From a virus (Duplodnaviria; Caudoviricetes), in the IMG/VR virus record IMGVR_UViG_3300021364_000005: a DNA stretch of 64,000 bases. One strand, written 5' to 3'. The first letter of the stretch is position 1. Every line of letters starts with the position of its first letter. The notes below the pieces were generated by a model, which searched no databases, was not told where the DNA came from, and saw only the letters and a program-made list of their open reading frames with translations. Below are positions 1 through 9,665 of this stretch, piece after piece. A program made the translations under genes and the position numbers.

Positions 1-774
1 AAAGTTATGGATCTAATTATTAGCACTGGTAGAGCTGATCAAGTAAACCTAGATATTTTCACTAATGTTAGTTGGGTACCAAAAGCAAAAGTATTAGATA
101 GGCTTAACCAATTTAAGGCTGTAAAAATTAATTTAAGTATTGACGGACTAGGTGCTGTCAACGATTATGTTAGATCACCAAGCGATTGGCCTACAGTTGA
201 AGAATCGGTTATTGAATGGATTAAAGAAGAAGCAAAGTATCCTGATAGATATGCAATTAAATGGGCACCTTGTTTGAGTATCTATAATGTGTGGCAGTTT
301 ACAGATATGGTAGACTGGTGGATAGATTTACAATTAAAATATAAAGGTAAAGATTTTTGGAATAGTATAACTAGAGATAATATTAGTCCTAGCGAAAGAG
401 TCAAACAACTTAATATGATTATAAATCTTGTACATGATCCAAAATATCTTTCTCCTACACTTTATCCTGAAAAGGAAATCCTTGTAGACAAAATACAAAA
501 ACAAAAAGATAAATTTTATAATTTACTTATGACTACGTTTAATGGTGACGACAGAGACAGATGGCTGCTTGGAATGCACTTTGATAGTTTATACGATAAA
601 GTTATTAGCACTGTCAAACGTCCAGTTAACGAAGATGACTTGAAAACGTTTATAGAATATACAGTAGATTTAGATAAGTTACGAAATCAAGATATTAGAA
701 CTGCTATTCCTCATGTTTGGGATAAGGTTAATGAATATTATGATTTAGAATATAAAGGAAGAATACCTGCATGA
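1..774 (+). CDS. Radical SAM protein, C-terminal part (5'-truncated by the window edge)
   Basis: Frame is open from base 1 (KVMDL...). LSIDG...DYVRSPSDW and DLDKLRNQ match the C-terminal half of the neighbouring twitch radical SAM paralogs. Confidence 0.75.
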   Translation, partial: KVMDLIISTGRADQVNLDIFTNVSWVPKAKVLDRLNQFKAVKINLSIDGLGAVNDYVRSPSDWPTVEESVIEWIKEEAKYPDRYAIKWAPCLSIYNVWQFTDMVDWWIDLQLKYKGKDFWNSITRDNISPSERVKQLNMIINLVHDPKYLSPTLYPEKEILVDKIQKQKDKFYNLLMTTFNGDDRDRWLLGMHFDSLYDKVISTVKRPVNEDDLKTFIEYTVDLDKLRNQDIRTAIPHVWDKVNEYYDLEYKGRIPA

Positions 775-2006
775 GTAACTTCTGTCCTATGCCCTGGGTG
801 CATATGAATTTAAAACAAGAAGGCAAAGTAAGTGCTTGCTGGAGATATCCTGATAGGATAGGCGACTATACACAAAGTTCATTAAAAGAAATTTGGAACG
901 GTGAGGAAGTAGTAAAACTTAGACAAGCATTACTGGATGGAGAGCGTCCTGAAGGCTGCCGTAGTTGTTGGGATATGGAAGACAGTGGTGTAAAAAGCAC
1001 AAGGCAACAAACAACAGAAGATTATAAAAATTTTATTACTGAAATAGGTGCAGAAGTTTTAGGCACTGAATTGCCTTTCAATAACGTTCAAAGTGTTGAA
1101 GTAAGGTTTGATAATATTTGTAATTTAATGTGTAGACACTGTAGTCCTGATTACAGCAGCAAGTGGGAAGTTGCTGTGAAAAAGGATCAGGCGCTAATGG
1201 ATAAAATGGTAGAATACGGAACATATAGAAAACAAAACTACCATGTGAAACTTACCGATGAAATTATAAACGAAATTACTCAAGAGCTTGCTCCTAACCT
1301 AAAAGAGATAATGCTTGCAGGTGGTGAACCATTATACCACGAAAAGCATTATGACTTTATAAAAGACTTACTTCCTCATGCTAAAAAAATACAACTAAGT
1401 TATAACAGTAACCTTACTACTACAGAATATAAAGGTGCAAGCATTATTGATTTATGGAAAAATTTTAGACGTGTATTGTTAAGAGTTAGTATTGATGGCG
1501 ATCCAAGTTGTTATGATTATGTAAGAGTTCATAACGATTTACAAAAAATTGAAAACAATATTAAAAAAGTATTACAATTATCAAATGTTAGATTGAGTGC
1601 AACTTGTACTACTAGTATATTAAACATTACTAGACTGACAAGTATTGCAGAATATTATTTAAGTTTAGGGGCTTATTTTCATACAAGCCTAGTGCAATAT
1701 CCTCGAGCATTAAATCCAAGGCTTTTACCTCAAGAACTTAAAGATAAAACTACAAGAGATTGGAACACTTGGCTTGAAGATGTAGACTTACATATTGATC
1801 GATGTGTTAGTAAAGAGTTTCCTGGTGATAAAGAATTACATAAATCAAGAATAGTTAAGTTTGGAAATAGTGTTATAAAATATATGAACAGTAAAGATGA
1901 ACATCAGTACTGGAATGAATTTGTTGATTATACCAAAGCATTAGATGCTTATCATAAAACTAGTCTTGTTGATGTCTATCCAGAATTTCAACCATACTTT
2001 GATTAA
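771..2006 (+). CDS. Radical SAM enzyme with N-terminal twitch/SPASM-like Cys motif
   Basis: FCPMPW..ACW and CRSCW; CNLMCRHC (CxxxCxxC); AGGEP; SIDG. Confidence 0.9.
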   Translation: MSNFCPMPWVHMNLKQEGKVSACWRYPDRIGDYTQSSLKEIWNGEEVVKLRQALLDGERPEGCRSCWDMEDSGVKSTRQQTTEDYKNFITEIGAEVLGTELPFNNVQSVEVRFDNICNLMCRHCSPDYSSKWEVAVKKDQALMDKMVEYGTYRKQNYHVKLTDEIINEITQELAPNLKEIMLAGGEPLYHEKHYDFIKDLLPHAKKIQLSYNSNLTTTEYKGASIIDLWKNFRRVLLRVSIDGDPSCYDYVRVHNDLQKIENNIKKVLQLSNVRLSATCTTSILNITRLTSIAEYYLSLGAYFHTSLVQYPRALNPRLLPQELKDKTTRDWNTWLEDVDLHIDRCVSKEFPGDKELHKSRIVKFGNSVIKYMNSKDEHQYWNEFVDYTKALDAYHKTSLVDVYPEFQPYFD

Positions 2007-3444
2007 ATGTTTCAATACTATCTAAGTATTGCATATCGTCAATAGGACTTTTGTATTCTATATACTTTATATTTGATCCTAATGTATCTATACCTGCTCT
2101 TAGTTTTTTAAGTAAGTTTTTCCTACCAAAGTTTATAGCATTAAAACTAAAGCCAGCTATATCACTAAAAGTGATAAGTGCTTTATCTTGTTCATTTAGT
2201 TTATATTTTACCTTGTACATTTCTGTAAGGCCGTTACATACAACATATTGATGATCTAAATTTTTGTAAACATTCCACGCTTCCAAAAACTTATCTTGAC
2301 CACCAAATGAATTGATTAGCTCAGTGTACATTTTATTGTCTTTACCTTCATAATCTTCTGTATAATTATTAGGTATTTGATCTGCTAAAATGTTTTTCAA
2401 GGACATAAAGTGTCCGTCCCAGTTATTATTTAGATAACGCCGAAATCTTATTATTTCATCATGATAATCGTAATGTACAATTTTTTTAATATTAGTTTTA
2501 TTGACTAAAGCAAGCTCCATTGCCTTGAAGCCGCTTGCTGTTGCAACTATTGTATTACAATCATTGTATATATTTTCATATTTCTTATTACTAAAATCGT
2601 TAGTATTGTTATCCCATACCCAAGTTGTTTCTGTATTCCAAACAAAATACGACCATGGTTCTAAATTGCTACTAAAGTCTTTTTTATGTGCAAGATGTGT
2701 TATTGCTTTTACTAAATTAGTTTCATGGATAGGATCAACTTGTTGCCACGCCTTCCAGAAATTGTTCCATTTATCTATACTTTTATCTGGATAGGTGTTA
2801 ATACATTCATTTCTTATATCTTGCGGAATGTTTTGTATTCGTAAGTTATGCTCTGCACTTGCTTGTATAAATCCACAGCCTTTGTCATTTTTTACCTTAA
2901 CAATATTCCTAGCACTTTGGTCCCAAGTTACTTCTAAAGGTGTATAATTGTCGTGTATGTTTTCGACACTAGACTTTAGTTTTCTTATTTCGATAGTGCC
3001 GCCGTCGGTAGTGTATTTAGGCGATCCTATTGATTTCCATTTTTTAAAATTTATAATCAATGTAATAGGAAAAATGTAATACTGGTTAAAGAAATGCTCT
3101 AAATGCTCTTTGTGATTAAACTTTGCCCATTCATATCTATCTATTAAGTGACCAGCAAATAACCAGTCATCGTCTTGTCTTTGTATGAACTTTATTACGT
3201 TACGTTGATATTCATACCAGCGTTGAAATATCACTCCACCGAATGTGACTAGTAAATAGTCAGGTTGGTCTTCTCTTTTTAAATATTCTTCTAGTAAAGA
3301 ATCAACATCTTTTGCGTGATGAAAGCCATAAAACGGAACATCAGCTTCGTTCATTTTACAAATTCTACTATAGAAAATATTAAAGTCTTCTTTTAAATCG
3401 TTATCGACTTCGTATTCCCAGACAAAACTGTGTGCAATTTTCAC
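1960..3444 (-). CDS. Hypothetical 494 aa protein, possibly two domains (GT-like N-terminus, Rossmann-like C-terminus)
   Basis: Long ORF coupled to the upstream gene by a 4-nt overlap at 3441-3444. The domain guess is weak. Confidence 0.6.
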   Translation of the reverse strand: MKIAHSFVWEYEVDNDLKEDFNIFYSRICKMNEADVPFYGFHHAKDVDSLLEEYLKREDQPDYLLVTFGGVIFQRWYEYQRNVIKFIQRQDDDWLFAGHLIDRYEWAKFNHKEHLEHFFNQYYIFPITLIINFKKWKSIGSPKYTTDGGTIEIRKLKSSVENIHDNYTPLEVTWDQSARNIVKVKNDKGCGFIQASAEHNLRIQNIPQDIRNECINTYPDKSIDKWNNFWKAWQQVDPIHETNLVKAITHLAHKKDFSSNLEPWSYFVWNTETTWVWDNNTNDFSNKKYENIYNDCNTIVATASGFKAMELALVNKTNIKKIVHYDYHDEIIRFRRYLNNNWDGHFMSLKNILADQIPNNYTEDYEGKDNKMYTELINSFGGQDKFLEAWNVYKNLDHQYVVCNGLTEMYKVKYKLNEQDKALITFSDIAGFSFNAINFGRKNLLKKLRAGIDTLGSNIKYIEYKSPIDDMQYLDSIETFNQSMVEILDRHQQD

Positions 3445-4175
3445 CCTGTAATTCCTATTTTATGCTTTAAGTATGATCTATAAACTAACCTATTCCAGTC
3501 GTCGTTTGTAATACCGTGTACAATCATATGATATCTATATTCGTCACTATGATTGTATACACAATGTACATTGTATAAATTTAAACTAATCATAGTTCCT
3601 TGCTTCCAAGGCAATATACCATGGCCGTCCATATAAAAATGGCAACCTTCAGGGTTATTTAATGCAATATTAGTAGGACCTATATGGTTTTCTTCTATAG
3701 CTACGCTATCCTTATGAGGCCAAATATACCCGCCTGGTGCTAATCTCATTATGCGTATTCTAAAGAATTTATCATACGGCATATTTTCTGTAAAGTATTT
3801 TTTAATATTTGGAGTAAAATCGCTAATGTCTGTCCAACGCCACGGAGCGTTTTCATTTGTCATACCATAAACATGGGGTGCCTCTGTATGAATACTACTT
3901 ATTCCGTGTAATACTAAACTGCTCCAGCCGCTATGTCTTTCATGGTGTCTATGTGGTATATAGTGCCTGTCAAATTGTTTTGCTTCTTCTAGCATAGCAT
4001 TCCAATCACAATCCCAATGATTGTCCGTTTCGATTGGCAAGTAGGGAATGTCACCGTGCCGTCTTACTTCTGATCCGTTTTGCAAGTCGCCTGGCAAAAC
4101 TAGTTCTTTATGAAACTTATTTCTCTCTGCAAAGTCTATTGCTGGTTCGTCACTAATACCATATTCGTTTATCAA
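3441..4175 (-). CDS. Aspartyl/asparaginyl beta-hydroxylase-like 2OG-Fe(II) oxygenase
   Basis: RIMRLAPGGYIWPHKD (HxD) ... HCVYN ... RYHMIVHG; TTG start with AGGAG SD. Confidence 0.85.
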   Translation of the reverse strand: MINEYGISDEPAIDFAERNKFHKELVLPGDLQNGSEVRRHGDIPYLPIETDNHWDCDWNAMLEEAKQFDRHYIPHRHHERHSGWSSLVLHGISSIHTEAPHVYGMTNENAPWRWTDISDFTPNIKKYFTENMPYDKFFRIRIMRLAPGGYIWPHKDSVAIEENHIGPTNIALNNPEGCHFYMDGHGILPWKQGTMISLNLYNVHCVYNHSDEYRYHMIVHGITNDDWNRLVYRSYLKHKIGITG

Positions 4176-4201
4176 CGATTTCTCCTAATTTATTATATAC
4201 G

Positions 4202-4220
4202 TATTTATATGTGATAAATA
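4202..4220. promoter_or_regulatory. Back-to-back T4-late-like promoters
   Basis: TATAAATA on minus (4202-4209) and ATAAATA on plus (4214-4220). Confidence 0.7.
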
Positions 4221-4225
4221 TTGCT

Positions 4226-5395
4226 ATGCAAAGATTAGACAGTACTAAAATTTTTTGTAGTGCAGCTTGGACTGACCTAAACATAGATTTTGGTAAACGT
4301 ACAAAAACACACTGCTGTAAAGCAAAAAAAGAAACTTTTCCAGATACTATTCCTATGGAGTTTTGGAATGAAAGTGATATGATACTCGACAGGAGAGAAA
4401 AACTTGTAGAAAAAGTACCTCATGGAGATTGTAGTTATTGCTGGATTGACTATAGTAAAACAGGGTTTGCTTACAGAGACATAAAAAATAAATGGGGCAA
4501 CATTCTGCCTTATGGAAATAACCATTTAGAATATATAGAAATTAATCTTGATAATATATGTGATATGAGCTGTTTGTACTGTAGTGCTATGTGCAGTTCT
4601 CAAATTGCAGCAGAAGAAGGAGTTTTAGATAAACGTAGGGAATTCGTTAAAGAAGAAGATTTTGATAGTTTTATGACCTTTCTAGAGAATACTCTTTCTA
4701 AAACAAAAAAACAGATTACTATAAACTTCATGGGCGGTGAACCTACACTTAGTCCTTACTTTTTCAAAATAATTTACAAATTGCATGAAAAGTTTTCTAG
4801 AAAAAAAATTAATTTAAGTTTACTTACTAACGGCAATAGCAATGAAAAAACTATGCAAAAAATGAAAGATGTGTTGGATTTTGTTAATAATTGGGACTGG
4901 CATATAGGACTTAGCCAAGAAGCTACAGGGGAAGTAGCTGAGCTTACTAGATGGGGGTGTAAGTGGGAAACTTGGCAAAAGAATTATGAGTTTTATCTTT
5001 TTCATAAATCTGTAAAACTTTTAATATTAGCTCCTACTCCTAATAGATTAAGTTTGCATGACTTACCTAATTTTGTTGATTACATTACAGAAAGCATTAG
5101 GCGTGTAAATCCAAAGAAAGAAATCGCCTGGGCAGGTAATTGGGTAAGTGATCCTAAGGTGTTAGATATTGCACATTTAGATGAAAGTAACAAAAAGTAT
5201 GTGAAAAGAGCTAAAAAGAAATTAAGCCGTCATAAGAAAAATATACAAGATTGGGATGATACTATGAAATGGATAGATACTTTAGAAAAACGTATTGGAA
5301 CAATGTCTCCCGACTACAAAGAGTTAAATGAATTTATAGACAATAAAGCTAAGAATAAGAAGACTACAAGATTGGAGCGATTTAAACATGGATAA
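4226..5395 (+). CDS. Radical SAM enzyme with N-terminal twitch-like motif
   Basis: FCSAAW..HCC, CSYCW, CDMSCLYC, GGEPT. ATG at 4226 preferred because the 4211 GTG overlaps the late promoter. Confidence 0.88.
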   Translation: MQRLDSTKIFCSAAWTDLNIDFGKRTKTHCCKAKKETFPDTIPMEFWNESDMILDRREKLVEKVPHGDCSYCWIDYSKTGFAYRDIKNKWGNILPYGNNHLEYIEINLDNICDMSCLYCSAMCSSQIAAEEGVLDKRREFVKEEDFDSFMTFLENTLSKTKKQITINFMGGEPTLSPYFFKIIYKLHEKFSRKKINLSLLTNGNSNEKTMQKMKDVLDFVNNWDWHIGLSQEATGEVAELTRWGCKWETWQKNYEFYLFHKSVKLLILAPTPNRLSLHDLPNFVDYITESIRRVNPKKEIAWAGNWVSDPKVLDIAHLDESNKKYVKRAKKKLSRHKKNIQDWDDTMKWIDTLEKRIGTMSPDYKELNEFIDNKAKNKKTTRLERFKHG

Positions 5396-6116
5396 GATAG
5401 GCGAAGCAAAAAGACATCAACAAGCAAATTACTGGTTCAATTGGATGCGGAGCGGTAAAGCAATGTACGAACCAACACCAGAAGATATAAAATGCGAACT
5501 ACAACTCCAGGCTATGTCTGATATGGAACCGTTGATGTTTACGGTTGATTACAATGACTTTGAAAAAGAAATAGAAAAGTGGAACGATAAGTGGGTTCCA
5601 TATCTTCCTCGGGAAGGCGTAAGTAATGATAGACAAGGATTACTACTAGTTGGGTTAGATGGCGACAGTCCTAGTGATAGTTTAAGTTTACCAGAGGCTA
5701 GGAAACGCACAGGAGATAATACTTTAATAGAAACAAGTTTTACACAGCCTACAGAATTGTTCAATGACTTAACTTGCTTACATCCTATATTAAAACATTG
5801 GTCTCCACTTGGCAGAACTATGCTTGTAAAAACTAATGCAGGCGGCTGGTTCCCGCCACATAAAGATTGGCCTTTTTTAACCAGACATTGCTTTAGAGTA
5901 ATTATGTTTATTGGACCAAATGTTGATCATGAAAGTTACGAATGGCACATGAATGGAAAAACATGGCCTATAAAGCAAAATGCATCCTACTATGTTGATA
6001 CTAGAAAAACGCATAGAACGCATAGTTGGAATAATGATAGTATACATTTAATAATGAACATTCCTAAAACTTGGGAAAATGTTTTAAAATTAATGAGTGT
6101 AACAAGGTACTTTTGA
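5388..6116 (+). CDS. Asp/Asn beta-hydroxylase-like 2OG-Fe(II) oxygenase
   Basis: GGWFPPHKD ... HRTHSW ... IHLIMNI. Confidence 0.8.
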   Translation: MDKIGEAKRHQQANYWFNWMRSGKAMYEPTPEDIKCELQLQAMSDMEPLMFTVDYNDFEKEIEKWNDKWVPYLPREGVSNDRQGLLLVGLDGDSPSDSLSLPEARKRTGDNTLIETSFTQPTELFNDLTCLHPILKHWSPLGRTMLVKTNAGGWFPPHKDWPFLTRHCFRVIMFIGPNVDHESYEWHMNGKTWPIKQNASYYVDTRKTHRTHSWNNDSIHLIMNIPKTWENVLKLMSVTRYF

Positions 6117-6643
6117 TGTTAATATCTGGAAACCCTAATTACGGAATTGCTAAAGCATTGCATGAAATATATCCAAATGCAACTTTTGCAAGCAGAGCTT
6201 CAGGGTATGATCTTACTACTAAACAGGGTAGAGACAAGTTTGCAAATGAAGCAGTTCATCATGATGTGATAATAATTAATGCAGCACTATGGCAATTTCA
6301 ACAAACTGTTTTACTAGATGCAGTTTATAAAAATGTAAGTGTTGAAACACATATAATTGTTATAGGTAGCACTACTGATAGAGTAAAAAATGGTAAACCC
6401 TGGTTATACAATGCAGAAAAGAAAGCCCTTAGAGACTATAGTAATACACTCGCTATAGGATCTGTTTGGGGTCAACAACCAAAAGTTAATTATATAAGTT
6501 TTGGTACTTTGAGTAATAATCAAGAAAAGCATCCTGAACGCAAATGTTTAGATATTAACGAAGCAGCTGAATGGATAGCAGTTTTAATTAATGCTCCTAA
6601 ACACTTAAATATTAATGAAATAAGTATAGATCCTGTACAATAA
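6116..6643 (+). CDS. Short-chain dehydrogenase/reductase (compact)
   Basis: MLISGNPNYGIAKAL Rossmann start; IINAA; YNAEK (YxxxK); TGATG coupling at 6114-6118. Confidence 0.8.
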   Translation: MLISGNPNYGIAKALHEIYPNATFASRASGYDLTTKQGRDKFANEAVHHDVIIINAALWQFQQTVLLDAVYKNVSVETHIIVIGSTTDRVKNGKPWLYNAEKKALRDYSNTLAIGSVWGQQPKVNYISFGTLSNNQEKHPERKCLDINEAAEWIAVLINAPKHLNINEISIDPVQ

Positions 6644-6646
6644 AAC

Positions 6647-6674
6647 TTGACAAAATTTAAAAAGGTGTTATAAT
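6647..6674 (+). promoter_or_regulatory. sigma70-type promoter, probably leaderless (ATG 6 nt after the -10)
   Basis: TTGACA-16nt-TATAAT with TG extension. Confidence 0.8.
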
Positions 6675-6680
6675 ATAAAT

Positions 6681-7811
6681 ATGACTGAAGATTTAAAATG
6701 GAGCAATTACGATTTTACTAAGATACCATTTAATGATATTGTTGGTGTTGGTCAACGCACTTTGCTTTATCGTGATATATTTACAGTATCATGGCTACTT
6801 GGTAGATTCTGCAATTACAGATGCTCCTACTGCTGGCCCTACGCAAGAAGCGATCGTAAAGACCACCGTCCTACCGAGCTCTGCCTGCTCACAGTGGATG
6901 AAATTAAACGTCAAGCCAGAGACAACGGCTTCAATTCTTTCCACTTCTCCTTGTCGGGAGGAGAGCCTACTTTCCATCCTGGATACTTGGACATACTAAA
7001 GCATTTGGCAGATGATGTAGAAAACACAAACTACACTAGCATACACATGACGTCAAACTGTTCACGTCCAATGAAATGGTTTGAAAAGTATGTTGATTAT
7101 GCAAAGCCATTTCATAGAGCTAGTATCACAGCAAGTTTGCATACAGAACATTTAGATACACAAGAAAAAATGCAAGACTTTGCAGACAAGTTGATATTGT
7201 GTCAGGAGCATGATGTACAAGTTACAATTAATATGGTTATGGTGCCAGACTGGTTTGAACGTGATTGGGAGAATGCTTTATTCTTTCATGAGCAAGGTAT
7301 CAACGTCACCCTTAAACCGCAGTCCGACCCTACGGCGTCGAGAGTCGTTGACGGATACACAGACGAAATGCTCAAGAGACTATGGAACGGAATGCCACAA
7401 CGTGCATATACAGAAAGCAAACGGCAATGGGCGGAAAGACCTAAACCGTCATTCGAAGTACCTAAAGGAATAATGGGTAAGAATGATGCAAGTGTTCCGT
7501 GGCATATGCAAGTAGAGTTTGAAGACTCTAAAGGCAAGAAGTGGTATATGGACCAGGCAGAGCGTTTCAATGCATTTAATTTTAATAAGTTCAAGGGATG
7601 GAATTGCAATGCAGGATATCAAGGTATTATTATTAGAGAGCCTGATGGAAGCATCAAGCGTAGTTATTCTTGTCATGATGTGCCACTTGGCAACATAGAA
7701 ACAGGATTTAAATTATTTGATGCTCCGGCACCGTGTATTACAGAAAGCTGTGTGAGCTCTGCTGATAGTAAAATTCCAAAAAGGAGAGGGCAATGGAATG
7801 GACAGACATAA
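6681..7811 (+). CDS. Radical SAM enzyme with C-terminal twitch domain
   Basis: CNYRCSYC; SGGEPT; C-terminal CNAG...YSC...PCITESC. Confidence 0.9.
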   Translation: MTEDLKWSNYDFTKIPFNDIVGVGQRTLLYRDIFTVSWLLGRFCNYRCSYCWPYARSDRKDHRPTELCLLTVDEIKRQARDNGFNSFHFSLSGGEPTFHPGYLDILKHLADDVENTNYTSIHMTSNCSRPMKWFEKYVDYAKPFHRASITASLHTEHLDTQEKMQDFADKLILCQEHDVQVTINMVMVPDWFERDWENALFFHEQGINVTLKPQSDPTASRVVDGYTDEMLKRLWNGMPQRAYTESKRQWAERPKPSFEVPKGIMGKNDASVPWHMQVEFEDSKGKKWYMDQAERFNAFNFNKFKGWNCNAGYQGIIIREPDGSIKRSYSCHDVPLGNIETGFKLFDAPAPCITESCVSSADSKIPKRRGQWNGQT

Positions 7812-8503
7812 TACAGAAACGTCATACTACGTTTGCTTGGGACGAAACTAGAATACCATCTAAAGATGATATTATAAGTGTATTACAAGAAGTTTACCAA
7901 CACATACCAAGCAAAAATTTACAATTTCCTTACCAAGTAAGACTACTGCGTAATGATGATTATGCAATAAAAAAAGAAATCTTTTCAATCTGTAAACGTA
8001 ATGGCCATGCTACAGAAGAAGAAGATAGAGGCAATCCGCAAGTGTTAGCACCTTGGTTACTTGGTATGAATTCAAGGTATGTTTCCGATCTTGAAGTAAG
8101 ATACGAAACAGAGTCTAAACGTGGCTTGTATAACGGACTAGGTGCAGGACAAGTTAGAGACAATGATCCTAATGGTTATCAGTCTAGAAGTGAAAATTTA
8201 GAGATTGGAATTTTTCTAGGATACGTAATGCTTGCTCTTGCAAACAGAGGAATACAGTCAGGTGTATGTCAAAATATATGTAATGATTTTGAACGTGCAA
8301 GTGAAATATTTAAACTTGCAGAAGATGAAAGGGCAATGGAATTTAGATTCATTATGGGAATAGGATACGGAAAAGATTCTAGTGCAGATGCTAGATATTT
8401 TGATCCTAGGATTAACAAAATGAAAGCAATTCCTTTTCCTCCTGACAGAGTAGAGGAAGTATATCCAAGACCCGATTTTGAGGATATATTTAAAATACTA
8501 TGA
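7793..8503 (+). CDS. Nitroreductase-family flavoprotein
   Basis: IIQKRHTTFAW (RxT/S), PSKNLQFPY, LALANRGIQSG, GIGY. Confidence 0.8.
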   Translation: MEWTDIIQKRHTTFAWDETRIPSKDDIISVLQEVYQHIPSKNLQFPYQVRLLRNDDYAIKKEIFSICKRNGHATEEEDRGNPQVLAPWLLGMNSRYVSDLEVRYETESKRGLYNGLGAGQVRDNDPNGYQSRSENLEIGIFLGYVMLALANRGIQSGVCQNICNDFERASEIFKLAEDERAMEFRFIMGIGYGKDSSADARYFDPRINKMKAIPFPPDRVEEVYPRPDFEDIFKIL

Positions 8504-9207
8504 GAAATAATCTACAAATACAAGAAATAAAAGATACACATTCTCATGCTGTACAACTACATAACATTGTTCCTGATTGGAAAATAGATTTTCTTAAAGA
8601 GCACTACGAAAATGCAGCTGATGTACGAAAAGTACAAAAAGAAACAGGACCTAAAGTTCTTTATGTAAGAGAAGGTGCAGAAGTTATCGATGATATTTTA
8701 ATGAGTTTACGTACAGAGTTTGGAAACTTTAGAGTGAGGTCAGCACATTTTTTCGAAGTAGAACATCCTCATGTAATACATAACGATGACGATTTTGATT
8801 ATCCTAAAGCATACAAAGCATTTACAATTCCTATTCATACAGAAGGGGCTAAGTCAGATAATGCTAAGTTAATTATGTTTAACCAATATTATTATGGAGG
8901 CCCTAGAAAGTTTATGAACGGGGGCCCTGTACAGAAAAAGAATTATTATAATAGTCATTTATACGAATATACAAAAGTTGAAAATAAAGATAACACAGGT
9001 ATTCCTGAAAAGTTTAAAAAATTTTATCTTAGTCATTTGAAAGAAAACTGGTTACAAGGATTAAGTGTAGATAGATACTTTCCTTGGCAAATTGGTTCTA
9101 TAATTGCTTTTGATAGTCTTCAGTTACATTGTGCAAGTGATTTTAGGCAAGCAGGCATAACAAAAAAATTAGGCTTGAGTATTTTTACGGAGTTAGAATG
9201 GAATTAG
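8500..9207 (+). CDS. Probable 2OG-Fe(II) oxygenase-like protein
   Basis: IHNDD (HxD) ... FDSLQLHCAS distal His. Confidence 0.6.
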   Translation: MRNNLQIQEIKDTHSHAVQLHNIVPDWKIDFLKEHYENAADVRKVQKETGPKVLYVREGAEVIDDILMSLRTEFGNFRVRSAHFFEVEHPHVIHNDDDFDYPKAYKAFTIPIHTEGAKSDNAKLIMFNQYYYGGPRKFMNGGPVQKKNYYNSHLYEYTKVENKDNTGIPEKFKKFYLSHLKENWLQGLSVDRYFPWQIGSIIAFDSLQLHCASDFRQAGITKKLGLSIFTELEWN

Positions 9208-9665
9208 AAATAAGCGACTTCCAGCTTCGCAGGCCTCACTGGAGAGGACGCAATAAATTGATTGCAGGATTAATGGAGCCTAATAAATCTGTAATTGATT
9301 TAGGATGCGGAGCAAAAAATTTGTTATGGTATTACAGAAATCCTTTGAGATATCTAGGACTAGATGGTATGCCTATCGAAGAAGTTGATATGGTTGTTGA
9401 TTTGGACAGTGACTGGAGAGATACTGTAGAACATAATTGGGACTATTCTGTAAACAGTGGAATATTAGAATGGTGCAACGGCAGACGATTATTAAAGCAT
9501 CAAAAGGGCATTGCAAAAGAATATATATTTACTTGGTGGCCTGCATCAAGACCTCCTGTTAGAGCTTCTTTTGATGCTTTTGAATCCTGGGTCGAAGAAG
9601 ATTACATAATTAATGAAGTGCATGATTGGGGACCACAAAAAGTTTACAAGTGTGTTAGTTTATGA
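9198..9665 (+). CDS. Class I SAM-dependent methyltransferase
   Basis: SVIDLGCGA motif I; YLGLD. Confidence 0.8.
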   Translation: MELEISDFQLRRPHWRGRNKLIAGLMEPNKSVIDLGCGAKNLLWYYRNPLRYLGLDGMPIEEVDMVVDLDSDWRDTVEHNWDYSVNSGILEWCNGRRLLKHQKGIAKEYIFTWWPASRPPVRASFDAFESWVEEDYIINEVHDWGPQKVYKCVSL

